A DNA stretch of 64,000 nt from an uncultured Rickettsiales bacterium (lineage in GTDB: Bacteria; Myxococcota_A; UBA796; UBA9615; CAYRNR01), in assembly GCA_964639985.1 (NCBI GenBank), contig CAZXHG010000011.1:7871-71870 (forward strand), given 5' to 3'. Positions within the stretch are counted from its first letter, which is position 1. Every line of letters begins with the position of its first letter. Of this stretch, positions 18,834-28,145 are shown one piece after another. Under the pieces are notes generated by a model, which made no database searches, was not told the origin of the DNA, and worked only from the letters and a program-made list of their open reading frames with translations. The translations under genes and the position numbers were made by a program.

Positions 18834-19157
18834 ATGATGGACCGCGTGGGAGACGACCTCGAGCTGCTCGAGGAGATGGTCGAGATCCTGGTCGAGGAGA
18901 GCCCGGAGATGCTGGCCCAGCTGCGCGCCGCGCTCGCTGCGGGCGACAGTGAGACCGTGGAGCGGGTGGGGCACGCGTTCAAGGGCTCCGTGGCCAACTT
19001 CGCCGCGCCCGCGGCCACGGCAACCGCATTCGCCCTCGAGCAGGGGGGACGCAACGGCGATCTGGCCGAGGCAGGGGCCCTGATCGACCGGCTCCAGCAG
19101 CAGTACGAGGAGTTGGTCGTCGCCCTGAACGATTTCGTCGCCCAAGGCGGTCGATGA
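18834..19157 (+). CDS. Hpt histidine phosphotransfer protein
   Basis: HAFKGSVANF Hpt signature; stop overlaps the next start (ATGA). Confidence 0.7.
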   Translation: MMDRVGDDLELLEEMVEILVEESPEMLAQLRAALAAGDSETVERVGHAFKGSVANFAAPAATATAFALEQGGRNGDLAEAGALIDRLQQQYEELVVALNDFVAQGGR

Positions 19158-20221
19158 GGGTCCTGATCGCCGAGGACGAGCGCATCACGCGGCGCGTGCT
19201 GGAGTCCACGCTCACCCGCTGGGGGTACGAGGTGAGCGCCGTCTGCGATGGGGACGAGGCCTGGGAGGCGCTGCAGAAGCCGGACGCCCCCAACCTGGTG
19301 GTGCTGGACTGGATGATGCCGGGCCCGGACGGGCCGACCCTGTGTCGGTGGTTCCGCGCCGAGCCGCGCAAGCAATTCACGTACATCATCCTGCTCACCG
19401 CGCGCGAGGGCCACGAGGACGTGGTCGCAGGCCTGGAGTCCGGTGCCGACGACTACGTGACAAAGCCGTTCGACCGCGACGAGTTGCGGGCGCGGCTCGA
19501 CGTGGGTCGCCGGATCGTGGAACTGCACCGGCTCAAGAGCGATCTGATCTCCGTGGTCTCCCACGAGCTGCGCAACCCGCTGACGTCGATCCTGTCGTCC
19601 ATGGACCTGGTCGGCAGCGGCGTGCTGGGGCCGCTGCCGGACAAGGCCGGGCCCCTGGTGGACGCCGCCCACCGCAACGGCAAGCGCATGCTGCGGCTGA
19701 TCAACGACCTGCTCGACCTGGAGAAGATCGAGGCGGGCCGCATGGACCTGGAGATCGCCCCGGTGGGGCTGTCGTCCCTGGTCGCCCAGGCGCTCGAGGG
19801 CTGCGAGGCCAACGCCCGCAGCCGTCACGTGGTGCTCGCCTTCGACGAGGGCGACGCCCTGGTCGTCGAGGCGGACGCCGACCGGGTGCTGCAGGTGCTG
19901 GTCAACCTGATCGGCAACGCCATCAAGTTCTCGCCCGAAGGCGGCACCGTGCGCGTCTCCGCCCACCTCACCGAGGCCGGTGCCCGGGTGGAAGTGGCCG
20001 ACATGGGCCCCGGGATCCCCGAGGAATTCCGGAGCCGCATCTTCCAGAAGTTCGCCCAGGCCCGCACGCGGAGCAGCGGCCGCAAGGAGGGGTCCGGCCT
20101 GGGCTTGGCCATCTCGCAGGCCATCGCGGAGGCCCACGGTGGCGCCATCGGGTTCGATACCGAGGTCGGACGGGGGAGTACCTTCTGGTTCGAGATCCCG
20201 CTGGAGAGGAGGGGAGAGTGA
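19154..20221 (+). CDS. response regulator-histidine kinase fusion (REC-HisKA-HATPase_c)
   Basis: REC VLIAEDE; H-box VSHELRNPL; N/G boxes. Confidence 0.85.
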   Translation: MRVLIAEDERITRRVLESTLTRWGYEVSAVCDGDEAWEALQKPDAPNLVVLDWMMPGPDGPTLCRWFRAEPRKQFTYIILLTAREGHEDVVAGLESGADDYVTKPFDRDELRARLDVGRRIVELHRLKSDLISVVSHELRNPLTSILSSMDLVGSGVLGPLPDKAGPLVDAAHRNGKRMLRLINDLLDLEKIEAGRMDLEIAPVGLSSLVAQALEGCEANARSRHVVLAFDEGDALVVEADADRVLQVLVNLIGNAIKFSPEGGTVRVSAHLTEAGARVEVADMGPGIPEEFRSRIFQKFAQARTRSSGRKEGSGLGLAISQAIAEAHGGAIGFDTEVGRGSTFWFEIPLERRGE

Positions 20222-20640
20222 GCAACGACAATCCGAACGCGCCGCCGACCCGGGCGACCATCCTGGTGGCGGACGATACCAAGATGATGCGGCGCACCTG
20301 CCAGCGCGTGCTGGAGAAGGCCGGCCACCGCGTGGTGCTGGCCGAGGACGGGGACCAGGCGCTGGCCGTGGCCGCGGACGAGCCCGTGGACGTGGCCCTG
20401 CTGGACGTGAAGATGCCCGGCCCGTCAGGCCTGGACGTGATGGAGGCGATCAAGCGCGACAACGACCTCGTCGAGGTGCTGATCATGACCGCCTATGCCA
20501 CCGAGGACATCGCCCGCGAGGCGCTGCGGCTCGGGGCCAGCGACTTCCTGACCAAGCCGTTCGACAGCTACGCAGTGCTGGCCGTGGCCGCGTGGCTGCC
20601 GTGGAGATCCTGGTGTCCACGCCAGCGCTGGCCAACCTGA
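20218..20640 (+). CDS. single-domain response regulator (REC) with an out-of-frame C-terminal tail
   Basis: GTG start after GGAGG; REC ILVADD...D...TKPFD; last ~15 residues are read-through into the PilT-remnant frame. Confidence 0.55.
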   Translation: MSNDNPNAPPTRATILVADDTKMMRRTCQRVLEKAGHRVVLAEDGDQALAVAADEPVDVALLDVKMPGPSGLDVMEAIKRDNDLVEVLIMTAYATEDIAREALRLGASDFLTKPFDSYAVLAVAAWLPWRSWCPRQRWPT

Positions 20641-20813
20641 TCCGGGAGGGCAAGACCCACCAGATCCCGACGGTGATCCAGACCGGCAAGCGGGAGGGGA
20701 TGATGTCCCTGGACGAGGGCCTGATGGATCTGCTGCGGCGGCAGGCGATCTCCGCGGAGGAGGCGTACCGCGCGGCGATCCACAAGGAGACATTCGCCAG
20801 GTTCGTGTTCTGA
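20586..20813 (+). pseudogene. remnant of PilT/PilU twitching-motility ATPase C-terminus (last ~75 aa), +1 frame relative to the REC gene
   Basis: GRVAAVEILVSTPALANLIREGKTHQIPTVIQTGKREGMMSLDEGL matches the conserved PilT C-terminal block; no upstream ATPase core. Confidence 0.55.
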
Positions 20814-20822
20814 GTCCCGGCC

Positions 20823-23800
20823 TCAGCCGCCCCGTCTGCCGGTCACCTGCTCACCCGCGAACCGGCCGATCTCGGTCTCGAGGTGGGTCAACGCCGCGGC
20901 GAGGTCCGTGTCATCCCCGTCGGCGCACACGCGCTGCAGGCCGGCGGCGGCGGCGGCCACGCCCTCGTCCCGGAGCTGGCCCGCCATCCCGCGCAGGCGC
21001 CCGGCCAGTTCGACCAGGGCCCTGCGATCCGATCGGTCCGCCGCCCTGCCAGCCCGCGCGAGGAGCTGGGTGCAGTCCTTGAGCACCTGGCGCGTCGCCT
21101 GGTCGAGCAGGGAACGGCTCTCGTCCACCCGCGCCAGCAGCTCGATGGTGCTCGTCGCCTGGGAAAAGGCCGCGGAGGGGGCGGGCGACGCCTGCTCGCG
21201 CTCGGGCGGGAAGAACCTCTGTAGCTCCCCGGCCAGCACCCTGGGCTTGATCGGCTTGGACACGTACCCGTCCATGCCTGCGTCGAGACAGCGCTCCCGG
21301 TCTCCCTTCATGGCGTGGGCCGTCATGGCCACGATTGGGGTGTGCCCCCCCTCGGTCGCCTCCCGCTCTCGGATCGCGGCCGTGGCCTCGAGGCCGTCCA
21401 TCTCGGGCATCTGTACGTCCATCAGCACCAGGTCGAAGCCGCCGCTGCGCCACGCGTCGAGCGCGGCCCGGCCGTCCTTGGCGTGCACGACGTCGTGGCC
21501 CCGCTTGCCCAGGACCCGGGTGGCGAGCTTGGCGTTGACCGCGTTGTCCTCGGCGAGCAGTACGCGCAGCGGCGGCTCCTTGGCCGCGGCCGCCGGCCTT
21601 GACGAGGGCGCCCGACCAGTGCCGACCGCGGGGCCGTCGCGACGCACCCCCAGCACCTCGCGCAGCGCCTCCAGCAGGCGTGTCTGGTGGATCGGCTTGG
21701 CCATGTAGCGGGCCACGCCCAGTTCGGTGCGCTGCTCCTCGGACAGGCTCGTGCCTATGGAGGACAGCATCATCACCGTGGGGTGGCCGTAGCGGTCGTC
21801 CGCCTTCAATCTGCGCGCGACCTCGAAACCGTCGATCCCCGGCATCTGCACGTCCAGCAGCACCAGCCGGATCGGGCGCTCGGCCGCCAGGGCGTCGGCC
21901 GCCCGCGCGAGCCCTATCTCGCCGTCCTCGGCAGCCAGGGGCACCATCCCCCAGCTCGTCAGCGCCTCCTCCAGCACGCGTCGATTGGTCGCGTTGTCGT
22001 CCACGATCAGCACCTGCAGGTCGCGCAGGGCTTCCAGGCTCGCCGGCTCGACGCGCGCCGCCGGCTCGGCTGGCTTGCCGAAGTCCGCGGTGAAGCTGAA
22101 CGTGCTGCCCTCGCCGAACACGCTGTCCACGGCGACGGCGCCGCCCATCATGCCCACCAGCTGGCGGGTGATGGTCAGGCCCAGGCCCGTGCCGCCGTAG
22201 TGGCGCGTGGTGGAGCCGTCCGCCTGGGTGAAGGACTCGAAGATCGCGTCCTGCTTGTGCAGGGGGATGCCGATGCCCGTGTCGCTCACCGAGAATTGCA
22301 GCCGGAATCCGTCGTCGCGCCGCGCCTCGGGGTCGACGCGGATCACGATCTCGCCCTCGGTGGTGAACTTGATCGCGTTGCCGCCGAGGTTGATCAGGAT
22401 CTGGCGCAGCCGCCCGGGATCGCCCACGATGCTGTCGTCGATGCCCGGGCGGATGTGGGTGATCAGCTCCAGGTCCTTCTCCCGGGCCCTGGGCAGTAGG
22501 GACTTCAGCGACCCGTCGACCACGTCCCGCAGGCTGAACGGGATGTGCTCGAGCTCCAGCCGGTCCGCCTCGATCTTGGAGAAGTCGAGGATGTCGTTGA
22601 TCAGGTCCAGCAAGGCGTCGGCCGACGAGCGCACGATCTCCAGGTACTCCCGCTGCTCGGCGTCCAGGGTGGTGTCCAGGGCCAGCTCGGTCATGCCGAT
22701 GATGCCGTTCATCGGCGTGCGGATCTCGTGGGACATGTTGGCCAGGAACTCGCCGCGCGCCTTGTTGGCCCGCTCGGCCTCGTCGCGGGCCACGGCCAGC
22801 TGCTCGTTGAGCTGCTTCTGTGTCTGGAGGGCCTCGGCCATGCCGCGGCTGAGCTCCTCGGCCTCCCTCCGGGCCTGGACCAGCGCGGTCACGTCGACGA
22901 CGTTGAGCAGCACGCCGTCATAGGTGTCGTTGCGGTAGATGGGCTGCACCCGGAGGATCATGTGCTTGCCCCCGATCTCCCGCTCGATCACCACCGGTTC
23001 GGAGCCCACGTCGGAGCGGAAACGGTACAGCAGGCTGTACAGCTGGTTGCTCGCGTCGCCGTCGTGGAAGTCCCACAGCGTGTGGCCGACGAGCTTGTGG
23101 CGGGGCAGGTCCATCAGCTCCAGGAAGTAGCGGTTGACCTCGATGATCAGGTCGTTGCCGTCCGCGAAGACGATGCCCTCCTCCATGCCCGTGATCATGG
23201 CCTGGAGCTTGGCCGTCTCCCGCTGCAGCACGTCGGCTGCGGCTCGGCTGGCCGCCTCCATGGCCCGCTTGCGGGTGGTGATGTCCTCGGACATCTCCAC
23301 GGCCGCCACCACGTCGCCAGCCTCGTCCAGGATCGGGGACGCCACCGTGCGCAGGATCCGCGGTTCGCCGTCGATGACCTCGGTGCGCTCGGTCTCGTGG
23401 ATCTGGCCGTCCTCGAGCGTGGCCAGCACGGGGCAGCGGTCACAGGGCTCGGCGCGTGGAGGGTCGTGGAACGCCGTGTAGCAGTGGGCCCGAACGCCGA
23501 TCTTCACGTCCGGATGGCGGTCCCGCAGCTGTCGATTCAGCGCGAGGATGTCGAGGTCGCGGCCGAGCACGGCGATGCCGAAGCCGAGTTCGTCCACGAT
23601 GCGTTGCTGCCAGGGGCCGATGGCCAGCCCGGTCAGGGTGTCGTCCGACATGGACACCGAAGCGATCTCGCCGGCCGCCTCGCCCACCGACGGCTCGGCG
23701 AGGAACAGCGCGAGCGAAGCGTGGCTCCCCTCCTCGACAGGGGCGATGCGGCAGTCGAGCATCCGCTTGCCGCCACCGTCCATGCGGATCAGCGCGGTCC

Positions 23801-24026
23801 GGTCCCGGACCTGGCCGTCGTCGAGCGCCTTGCGAGCGGCTGCCACAACCGGGGTTCCACCCCATCGCTCGCTGCCCCAAAGGTTCTCCAGGTCCAGCTG
23901 CTCGTGTGACGTGTCGAGCAGGCGCAACGCCCGGGCGTTGACGAACGAGCAGCAACCCGAGGTGTCGTACATCACCACGCCCACGGGCACGGCTGCCCAC
24001 AGCGCGTGATCCTGGTGGTCGGACAT
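20823..24026 (-). CDS. large hybrid sensor histidine kinase (PAS/GAF-like, HisKA-HATPase, 2x REC, C-terminal Hpt-like)
   Basis: true ATG at 24024-24026 after AGGAGGGA; H-box [12 protein letters not shown]; two receivers (LIVDDN, LLAEDN); the upstream 797 aa of the track ORF are antisense of the STK-FGE gene. Confidence 0.85.
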   Translation of the reverse strand: MSDHQDHALWAAVPVGVVMYDTSGCCSFVNARALRLLDTSHEQLDLENLWGSERWGGTPVVAAARKALDDGQVRDRTALIRMDGGGKRMLDCRIAPVEEGSHASLALFLAEPSVGEAAGEIASVSMSDDTLTGLAIGPWQQRIVDELGFGIAVLGRDLDILALNRQLRDRHPDVKIGVRAHCYTAFHDPPRAEPCDRCPVLATLEDGQIHETERTEVIDGEPRILRTVASPILDEAGDVVAAVEMSEDITTRKRAMEAASRAAADVLQRETAKLQAMITGMEEGIVFADGNDLIIEVNRYFLELMDLPRHKLVGHTLWDFHDGDASNQLYSLLYRFRSDVGSEPVVIEREIGGKHMILRVQPIYRNDTYDGVLLNVVDVTALVQARREAEELSRGMAEALQTQKQLNEQLAVARDEAERANKARGEFLANMSHEIRTPMNGIIGMTELALDTTLDAEQREYLEIVRSSADALLDLINDILDFSKIEADRLELEHIPFSLRDVVDGSLKSLLPRAREKDLELITHIRPGIDDSIVGDPGRLRQILINLGGNAIKFTTEGEIVIRVDPEARRDDGFRLQFSVSDTGIGIPLHKQDAIFESFTQADGSTTRHYGGTGLGLTITRQLVGMMGGAVAVDSVFGEGSTFSFTADFGKPAEPAARVEPASLEALRDLQVLIVDDNATNRRVLEEALTSWGMVPLAAEDGEIGLARAADALAAERPIRLVLLDVQMPGIDGFEVARRLKADDRYGHPTVMMLSSIGTSLSEEQRTELGVARYMAKPIHQTRLLEALREVLGVRRDGPAVGTGRAPSSRPAAAAKEPPLRVLLAEDNAVNAKLATRVLGKRGHDVVHAKDGRAALDAWRSGGFDLVLMDVQMPEMDGLEATAAIREREATEGGHTPIVAMTAHAMKGDRERCLDAGMDGYVSKPIKPRVLAGELQRFFPPEREQASPAPSAAFSQATSTIELLARVDESRSLLDQATRQVLKDCTQLLARAGRAADRSDRRALVELAGRLRGMAGQLRDEGVAAAAAGLQRVCADGDDTDLAAALTHLETEIGRFAGEQVTGRRGG

Positions 24027-24107
24027 GCGTCCCTCCTGCGTGAGTGCAAGAGTATCGAAACCCGCGCATGCCGGCGCCGGTTTCGTTACCTCCGCGCGTG
24101 GAGGACA

Positions 24108-26558
24108 ATGGAGATCGAGGCAGCCATGGATCGTTACGAGGACCTGGGACCGATCGGCGGCGGCGGCATGGGCGAGGTGCGGCGGGTGCGGGAGCGCGCG
24201 CTGGGCCGGGTGCTGGCGATGAAGATCGTGCGCGCCGAGCTGGTGGACGATCCGGCGCTGCACGCGCGCTTCGCCGAGGAGGCGCGCATGACCGCGTGGC
24301 TGCAGCACCCGGCGATCATCCCGGTGCACGACGTGGGCCGGCTGGACGACGGTCGGCTGTACTACACCATGCCCGAGGTGCACGGCCGCACCCTGACCGA
24401 AGCCATCGCCGAGGTGCACGACGCGGTGCAGGACCGCACGTGGCGGCCCGCTCCCGACGGCCTCACGTTTCGCGGCCTGGTCGAGTCCTTCCGCCGTGCG
24501 TGTGACGCGGTGGCCTACGCGCATGCCCACGGGGTGGTGCACGGGGACCTCAAGCCCGACAACCTGATGCTCGGGCCCCACGGCGAGGTGTTCGTGCTGG
24601 ACTGGGGTCTGGCGCGCGTCGTGCGGTACGACCGGGGAGCCCCCGGGCCCGAACCCGCGGCCGCCTCGCTGCTGGACCTGGCCGAGCTCCCCGAGACCGA
24701 ACCGCGAATCGGGGGGACGCTGGCCTACATGGCCCCGGAGCGGCTGTGGAGCCCGGAGCTGGAGCAGTCCGCAGACGTGTACGCGCTCGGTGCGCTGCTG
24801 TACGAGCTGCTGGTCGGCGAGCCGCCGTACGGTCGAGAGGTGACGCAGGGATCGTTGCTGCAGCGGGTCGCCTCCACGGCGCCAGCGCCCGTACGGCTGG
24901 CCGCCGGTGAGCGGGAGAGGCCCGCTCTGCCGGATGTGCTGGCCGACGTGGTCGAGGCGGCCATGCGCCGGGAGGCGGACGATCGGCTCGAGGGGGTCGC
25001 GGCGCTCGGCGACGACGTGGGGGACTGGCTCGAGGGGACCCGCCAGCTGCAGCAGGCCGAGGAGCTGGTCGCGGGCGCCCGCAGGGCGCGGGACGAGCTG
25101 GCCGAGGTGCGCGGTGAGGCGAGCCAGCGGCGCGAGCTGGCCGCAACCCTGCTGGCGGCCCTGCCGGCGCAGGCGCCGGTGGAGGACAAGGCCGAGGCCT
25201 GGGACCTCGAGGCGGGTGCGGCCTCGTCCGAACGCTGGGCCGCGCGGCTCGAGGCGGAACTCACCGAGGACCTGCGCGCCGCGCTGGCCCTGGTGGAGGA
25301 CCTGTCCGAGGCTCACGAGATGCTCGCAGAGCACTTCAGGCAGAAGCACCAGGCGGCCGAGGAGTCGCGTGACCTGCTGGCCGCGGAGCGTTTTGCCGTG
25401 CGGCTGCGGCACCACGATCGACCCGGGCGGTTCGTGCGCTACCTGCAGGGGGATGGTGCCCTGACGCTGGTCACGGCCCCACCCGGGGCGCGCGCCGAGC
25501 TGTTCGAGGTGCAGCGGGAGGGACGGCGGCAGGTCCTGCGCCGGGTACGCGATCTGGGCACCACCCCCCTGGTGGAGGTCCCCCTGCCCATGGGCAGCTA
25601 CGTGGTCCGTCTGCGGGCCGAGGGGTGTGCGGAGGTGACCTACCCGGTGCACGTGCGTCGGGGGGAGCACTGGCACGGCCGGCAGCCGGGCGATGACGGA
25701 CCCTGGCCGGTCCTGCTGCCCGCGGAGGGGGAGCTGGAGGACGGCGACTGCTACGTGCCGGCCGGGTGGTTCGGCAGCGGCGGCGACCCCCACGCCCCGG
25801 GCAGCCTCCCCGCACGGCGGATCTGGCTCGACGCCTTCGTCATCCGGCGCGATCCGGTGACTCACGCCGAGTTCGTCGCCTTCCTCGACGACCTGGTCGG
25901 CCAGGGTCGGGAGGGAGAGGCCCTGTCGCTGGCCCCCAGGCTGGGCAGCTCCCCGGGCAGCGGAGAGGGGGAGCTGCTGTACGGTCGGTCTCCTGACGGA
26001 TGCTTCACGCTGGATGGAGGCGTCGCTGCCCTGCCGGTCACGCCGGACCGGCCCGTGGTCTGCGTGTCGTGGCGGGCGGCCGCCGAGTACGCGCGCTGGC
26101 TGATCCTGAACAGCTTCCGCGGCTGGCGGCTGCCTGGTGAGCTCGAGTGGGAGAAGGCCGCCCGCGGCGTGGACGGCAGGTTCTTCCCCTGGGGCGACCA
26201 CCTGGACCCGGGCTGGTGCTGCATGCGCGACAGCCACCCCACCCACCCGGGCATGGCCGCGGTCGGGGATTTCCCGGTGGACTGCAGCCCCTACGGCGTG
26301 CGCGGCATGGCCGGCAACGTGCGCGACTGGTGCCTGGACGCGTTCCGCCCGGATGGCCCCGAGGTGGTGGACGGCGGCTGGTTCCCGGCCGGTGACCCGC
26401 CCGACGGCGTCCCTCACGTGGGCCGCGGTGGCACGTGGTGCGTCAACCCGGTCGGACTGCGCGCGGCCTACCGCGCCTGGTTCGCGCCCACCTTCCGCGC
26501 GGACGATTCCCTGGGATTCCGCCTCGCCTGCTCGTACCCGGACGACTGGAACCAGTAG
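24108..26558 (+). CDS. Ser/Thr protein kinase fused to formylglycine-generating-enzyme (FGE/SUMF1) domain
   Basis: GxGxx[28 protein letters not shown]; C-terminal FGE-like block with [13 protein letters not shown]. Confidence 0.85.
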   Translation: MEIEAAMDRYEDLGPIGGGGMGEVRRVRERALGRVLAMKIVRAELVDDPALHARFAEEARMTAWLQHPAIIPVHDVGRLDDGRLYYTMPEVHGRTLTEAIAEVHDAVQDRTWRPAPDGLTFRGLVESFRRACDAVAYAHAHGVVHGDLKPDNLMLGPHGEVFVLDWGLARVVRYDRGAPGPEPAAASLLDLAELPETEPRIGGTLAYMAPERLWSPELEQSADVYALGALLYELLVGEPPYGREVTQGSLLQRVASTAPAPVRLAAGERERPALPDVLADVVEAAMRREADDRLEGVAALGDDVGDWLEGTRQLQQAEELVAGARRARDELAEVRGEASQRRELAATLLAALPAQAPVEDKAEAWDLEAGAASSERWAARLEAELTEDLRAALALVEDLSEAHEMLAEHFRQKHQAAEESRDLLAAERFAVRLRHHDRPGRFVRYLQGDGALTLVTAPPGARAELFEVQREGRRQVLRRVRDLGTTPLVEVPLPMGSYVVRLRAEGCAEVTYPVHVRRGEHWHGRQPGDDGPWPVLLPAEGELEDGDCYVPAGWFGSGGDPHAPGSLPARRIWLDAFVIRRDPVTHAEFVAFLDDLVGQGREGEALSLAPRLGSSPGSGEGELLYGRSPDGCFTLDGGVAALPVTPDRPVVCVSWRAAAEYARWLILNSFRGWRLPGELEWEKAARGVDGRFFPWGDHLDPGWCCMRDSHPTHPGMAAVGDFPVDCSPYGVRGMAGNVRDWCLDAFRPDGPEVVDGGWFPAGDPPDGVPHVGRGGTWCVNPVGLRAAYRAWFAPTFRADDSLGFRLACSYPDDWNQ

Positions 26559-26615
26559 GTCGGGTCAAGGAGCGTAGCGACGGACCCGACACAACACGGG
26601 TAGACTGGGCACCTG

Positions 26616-28145
26616 ATGAACTCGACCCCACACGAAGACATCGAACGCATCCGCACCGAGCGGGACCTGTTCCTGCGGCTGCTGCAGCTCAGCGGCCAGG
26701 AGGATCTGCACGGGTTCCTGCGCAGCTCCCTGGACCTCGTCCTGGAGCTGACGGGCGCGCGCAAGGGCTACCTGGAGCTGTACACCGAGGAGGACGGCCC
26801 CCCGCGCTGGTCCCTGGCCTTCGGCTGCACCGAGGACGAAGTCGAGGGGATCCGCGAGGCCATCTCCCACGGCATCATCGCCCGCGCCATGGCCTCGGGC
26901 GAGACCGTGTCCACGGCCTCGGCCCTGAACGATCCGCGCTTCGCCGAGCAGGCGTCGGTGCAGTTCAACAAGATCATGGCCGTGTTGTGCGCGCCCATCG
27001 GCGGTGGGGACGGCGAGGCTCCGATGGGCGTGCTGTACCTGCAGGAGCGCGCCAAGATCGGTCCGTTCGACAAGCAGGACAAGCACTACGCCGAGCTCGT
27101 CGCTCGTCATCTCGCGCCCCAGGTGGACCGCCTGCTGCTCAAGCAGCACGCCCTGGACCAGGCCGATCCCACCCGGCCCTGGCGGGACAAGCTCGACATC
27201 GACGGCTTCGTCGGCGCCAGCCAGCCCATCGCGGACGTGCTGCGCACCGTGGCCCTGGTCGCACCCCTGGACATGGGTGTGCTGATCACCGGCCCCACCG
27301 GCACGGGCAAGTCGGAGATCGCGCGCGCCATCCACCGCAACAGCCCGCGTGCGTCCGGGCCGCTGGTGGAGATCAACTGCGCCGCCATCCCCGACACCCT
27401 GGTGGAGAGCGAGCTGTTCGGGGCCATGCCCGGGGCCGCCTCCGGGATCACCAGGAAGATGGAGGGCAAGGTCAGCGCAGCCGAGGGGGGCACCCTGTTC
27501 CTCGACGAGATCGCGGAGCTGCCGCTGCAGTCCCAGTCCAAGATCCTGCAGCTGCTGCAGTCCCGCGAGTACTATCGCCTCGGCTCGTCCCGACCCGAGG
27601 TGGCCGACATCCGCATCGTGGCGGCCACCAATCGCGATCTCGACGAGGCGGTGGCCGAGAAGCACTTCCGCGAGGATTTGTATTTCCGTCTCAACGTGGT
27701 GCCGCTGCGCATGCCCGGTCTGGCCGAGCACCCCGAGGACGTGCCGCTGCTGGCCGACTTCCTGCTGGAGCGCGCGGTGCGCAAGTACCGGCTACCCCGC
27801 CTGCGCCTCAGCCCGGCCGCGGCCGTGGCCATGACGTCCGCGGAGTGGCCGGGCAACGTGCGCGAGCTGGTCAACACCCTCGAGCGCGCCGCGGTCATGG
27901 CCGCGGGCGACGCCTCACCCACCATCGAGCCGGCGCACGTGTTCCCGGACCGCGCCGCACCCGAAGCGGACGAGCTTCCCGGCGACCTCACCTTCCAGGA
28001 GGCCACCCGCCGCTTCCAGCGCACGCTGATCGCCGACGCCCTGGCCGACACCGGCTGGAACGTATCCGAGACCGCGCGGCGCCTCGGCCTGGCCCGCTCC
28101 TACCTGTACGACCTGATCAACGCTCACGGCCTCCAGCGGAGCTGA
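26616..28145 (+). CDS. sigma-54-dependent Fis-family transcriptional activator (GAF-AAA+-HTH) with degenerate GAFTGA loop
   Basis: Walker A GPTGTGKS; ESELFG followed by AMPGAASG instead of HEKGAFTGA; C-terminal Fis HTH. Confidence 0.85.
   Translation: MNSTPHEDIERIRTERDLFLRLLQLSGQEDLHGFLRSSLDLVLELTGARKGYLELYTEEDGPPRWSLAFGCTEDEVEGIREAISHGIIARAMASGETVSTASALNDPRFAEQASVQFNKIMAVLCAPIGGGDGEAPMGVLYLQERAKIGPFDKQDKHYAELVARHLAPQVDRLLLKQHALDQADPTRPWRDKLDIDGFVGASQPIADVLRTVALVAPLDMGVLITGPTGTGKSEIARAIHRNSPRASGPLVEINCAAIPDTLVESELFGAMPGAASGITRKMEGKVSAAEGGTLFLDEIAELPLQSQSKILQLLQSREYYRLGSSRPEVADIRIVAATNRDLDEAVAEKHFREDLYFRLNVVPLRMPGLAEHPEDVPLLADFLLERAVRKYRLPRLRLSPAAAVAMTSAEWPGNVRELVNTLERAAVMAAGDASPTIEPAHVFPDRAAPEADELPGDLTFQEATRRFQRTLIADALADTGWNVSETARRLGLARSYLYDLINAHGLQRS

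Noticed and set aside
24027-26417. N-terminal 797 aa of the 1864-aa track ORF 20823-26417
   Set aside because: This stretch is antisense to the STK-FGE gene. The real hybrid kinase starts at the ATG at 24024-24026, which follows a strong AGGAGG, and everything upstream is Ala/Arg/Gly artefact.
26559-26615. 8-bp stem (GTCGGGTC...GACCCGAC) between the STK-FGE gene and the sigma-54 regulator, a possible terminator
   Set aside because: It has a 16-nt loop and no U-tract, which is weak evidence, and the regulator probably needs its own promoter here anyway.
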